From contig BDGG01000002.1 of NCBI GenBank assembly GCA_001949185.1, positions 2,291,826 through 2,355,825 of the forward strand: DNA of 64,000 nt. The letters run 5' to 3'. This document shows, piece by piece, positions 60,757-64,000 of this stretch. The stretch is from Ramazzottius varieornatus (Eukaryota; Animalia; Tardigrada). The position numbers and the translations under genes are program-made. The notes beneath the pieces were generated by a model, which did no database searches, had not been told where the DNA came from, and saw only the letters and a list, made by a program, of their open reading frames with translations. Position 1 is the stretch's first letter. Every line of letters starts with the position of its first letter.

Positions 60757-63458
60757 ATGGCTTCCCAGCAGAAAGGGAAAGGAAAGCAGAATGGAGTGGC
60801 GGAAAAGGAGCCAGCTCATCCGCACGGGAAGCATACTCACAGTCACGGCGCCGGCGACGAATGCGACGCAGACCATGGCGATGAAGAAGTGGTCTTACCT
60901 CGTAATATCCTTCAACGGATCAATGCACTCAAACACATCCATATGGACATTCAGAAGGTGGAGGTGGAGATGCACAGTAAGCTGTTCGCTGTGGAAGCTG
61001 AACATCACAAGAAGATGGCTCCGTTCCTGAAGAAGCGTGCTGACATCATCAACGGCTTGTACGAACCTACTGAGGCTGAGATGAAGTTTGAGCTAAAAGA
61101 AGGTGAGCCTGAGTTGAAGACAGATGAACCCAACGGGGAGAAGGGTATTCCGAAGTTCTGGAAGACTGTCTTATGCTCTTCAAGCCACACTGCGCCGTAC
61201 ATCAGCGAAGAAGACTCGGATGTGTTGGATTATCTGACGGATATCCGCACGGCGTACTCTGAACAACCACTGGGCTTCACTCTGGAGTTTGAGTTTGCAG
61301 AGAATCCCTACTTCAGCAACAAGGTTCTGTCCAGAAGCTACGAGTTTGGCACCAACATCGGTCGGGAAGAAATGTACATTACTACCGGATTGTCTCCCAA
61401 GTTCACCAAAGGCACGGAAATCAAGTGGAACGAAGGCAAGAATACCACCAAGAAACTCGAAATTACCTTCCAGGTAAGCACATCTGCGTTCTTTATCCTT
61501 CTGTCAGGAAGGCATCTGCTAGAAGCAAACATCCGTAAGAAGGCTTCCTTTCCAACTGCGTATGACTTTCCGTGCTCGTGGTATTTCGAGTCACGTGACG
61601 GCGATACGTCAATTGTTGTGATGTAGACCACGTGCTTGGTGATCCGTTGCGGTAGCTTGTCGGGGTCCTGGCAGTAGGACTTGCTTCATTATAGAGGTTG
61701 CGAGGGCAGGTCAGGTCTCATGAAAGCCACTCTCATTTTTTTGGTCTCATGTTTCGCCGGGTTGTGGGCCGGCTCGAACCCGCTGAATCAGTGCTATTGG
61801 CCGACTGGAAATCCGAGACTTGGATTCTGATACCGTGCCCTACTGTTCTCATGGAAAGCCGAAATTTCGATAAGACCGATTTCTGAGACCATCCCGTAAA
61901 TTATCCCCTCTAACTTTTGCGTATTTCCGCGTGTGCGATAGCCTGAAGGTTGCCCTCGTTATTTCAGACCGCAGTATGCGGTGCCCAGCTTTTACATGGG
62001 ATGACGACATGTAACATACACGCATCTAACCCTACTTCAGTGGCGCACTTCCAGTTACATGATTCCCGAGAAATCGTGACTCAAGCTCGGAGATCTGCTA
62101 TTATCTGTGAACTTGGCAGAAGGTTACTTCCAGATCACCAGAATCTAGGAGCCTGGCTAGCCGGCTGACATTCGACGGACAAAAGCGATATGACTCCCGG
62201 ACTACAGTGCAACTTCGGCACAGTGAGCACTAAGCAACAATGCATCAGGATTCCATGTCATCCACGATAGCCGCTATCTACCTGAAGCAGTCAAGCAGTC
62301 TGCGCTGATTCCGCTGCGGATATCTGCGTTGGTTTCTTTAGCCGGCTAGCCAGACTTGAAACAGTGGAAAGCTCTGCTGGAGTTGCTGAGGTAGGGATAT
62401 TTGAACAAGAAAACAGACGTCCCTGGCGTTCAGTTAGCAGATATTTCCTTGATGTGCCTCCTTTGCCTTTCGCCCTCTCATGCGTGTTGTTGTCCCCTTT
62501 GTGTCATGGGAAATGTTGAGGCTGGAGAGTCTGAGAGAGTTCAAGATAGTCAAGATACCGCGCAGTAACTTACAGAATCCAGATCCACTAATTCCAGTTT
62601 TTATTCGCGATCGGCACAGCGAGCATTGCGATCTGAGAGTGCACAACGTGAGACCGCGAGGCGAAATCTTTCGCATGCACAGTTACCGACGGCACATTCA
62701 GCTCTCATATGCTTGATTAGGAAGGAGTTGAATTGTCCAAATCTGGGACTGGAACCTGAGACTCACAAATATGAGGGCAGTTTATGAGACCAGACCTGTC
62801 TTCGCAAACTCTATATTATGGCTTGGGCTGACCACGCTCTGCCTTTAATAGGACACTACCCGTAGGAAGAGTCGCACTCCGAATTGCAGTAGGATCCTGG
62901 CGGCCTACAAGGTTGTAGTGCACTGAAGCTCCAGTAGGAATGGATTGTTCCTACGTGATTCAGATCAGTATCCGGTTGATTGATTTGATTTGTTGTATTT
63001 TGCAGCGGAATAAGAAGACAGGTGAACGCCGCCAAATCAAGACGGAGAAGGACTGCGAATCCTTCTTCAAATTCTTCATGCCAGCCGTGGAAGACCTGTC
63101 GACACTGAACAAGATTGGCGAGGGAGAAGGAGATGAAGCCGATGATGACGACTTGGCCGAGAAGGGCGAACAGGCCGAGATCGACTTTGAGATGGCCAGC
63201 GCCATTCGAACGCGCATCATCCCTCGCGCCCTGCTCATCTTCACCGGCCAGGACGACGACGAGGATGATGAGTATGACGATGAAGAGGATTTCGACGATG
63301 AAGAAGAGGACGGTGATGATGACGACGACGATGACGAGTCGGATGAATCGGACGATGCTGGCCCTTTCAAGAAACCCAACGCTCCTGGACAACAGGGAAA
63401 ACAAGGCCAAGGCGCGGTGGGCAACAACAAGCAGCAGAAAGGCCCTCGAAAATCCTAA
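60757..63458 (+). CDS. NAP1: Nucleosome assembly protein 1-like; exons 60757-61473 and 63006-63458
   Basis: RINALK, KRADIINGLYEPT, KGIPKFW, FTLEFEFAENPYFSNKVL, IKWNEGKN, ESFFKFF, DFEMASAIRTRIIPRA and an acidic tail. Confidence 0.95.
61692..62813. mobile_element. ~1.1-kb non-autonomous TIR element in NAP1 intron
   Basis: Imperfect ~60-bp TIRs: TAGAGGTTGCGAGGGCAGGTCAGGTCTCATGAA versus inverse TAGAGTTTGCGAAGACAGGTCTGGTCTCATAAA; TA on both flanks. Confidence 0.75.
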
Positions 63459-64000
63459 ACCTTTATACAGGTGAACCTCCAGCATGCAGTCTCCCTTTCT
63501 CTCGTTGCTCAATATTTTACTTCGTGTTTTTCAGGAATATTTACGGAGAGACTTTTGGACTTCAAAGAATTATGAGAGCTGTCATATTTTTTCGTAACTT
63601 CAGCTAGGTTTTCCGTACTGTCGTCTCTGCTTTGAAGCGTTTGCATGAATATTTCTCCGCTTCCCTGTTGTAATATCGTCGAGAATAACTTTTCCAGAAG
63701 TACGAATCGCTTTCTCTCTTTTGCTTTTCTTGTGTTCGACACGATTGAACTTCAGTGGAGATGTGGTTCCGAAAGTCGCAGGTGTTGCTAAGCTGGTAAG
63801 GAGGTAGGCTGGTTCTACAGAGAAGGAATTGGAAGACGACTAGTTTAGGACTCTCTGGTTAGAAGTTTGAGATGCTTGGACTACGGGGAGTTTGCTGTGG
63901 TACGAAGTAGGAAGCGGAAGATAGAAAATGGAAGGCCATGCTGGATTGATCAGTCATGCCTACCCCGGTATCAAGCAGACGCACAATGAAATACCCGAAG

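Noticed and set aside
62856-63512. Minus-strand hydrophobic and poly-Ser ORFs
   Set aside because: Antisense reading of the NAP1 acidic tail.
1-64000. tRNA, rRNA or snoRNA genes
   Set aside because: No convincing cloverleaf, rRNA segment or paired C/D or H/ACA boxes seen; a tRNAscan-SE/Infernal run would be needed to exclude them.

Overview
Eukaryotic (animal) genomic DNA with compact genes and many short GT-AG introns. The gene set (ImpL2-like, nervana-like Na/K-ATPase beta, NK4, FipoQ-like F-box) points to an ecdysozoan/panarthropod, and compactness and composition are tardigrade-like (inference, not verified). In order: a decayed intron-containing piggyBac; two intronless secreted proteins sharing an unrecognised 4-Cys module; a signal-peptide CD39-type apyrase lacking the C-terminal TM; an ependymin/LolA-like type I membrane protein; an ImpL2-like insulin-binding Ig protein; a tandem array of MFSD1-like transporters (3 intact plus 1 fragment); an intronless RNase T2; a pogo/Tigger relic; a fungal-type Zn-dependent dehydrogenase (HGT candidate with a remodelled catalytic Zn site); Na/K-ATPase beta; a degenerate cytosolic sulfotransferase; a catalase-fold gene with an in-frame stop; NK4/tinman; an F-box/LRR gene; OSCP1; NAP1. 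There are several MITE-like elements and two 50-N gaps at poly-C tracts. The most striking unexplained signal is a dispersed, mostly intronic palindromic element, AAGTGGCGCA-N27-TGCGCCACTT. It occurs at 8 loci (9 measured units); 7 units have exactly 27 bp between the core arms although the spacer sequence has diverged. All product calls come from motif recognition by eye; no searches were run.
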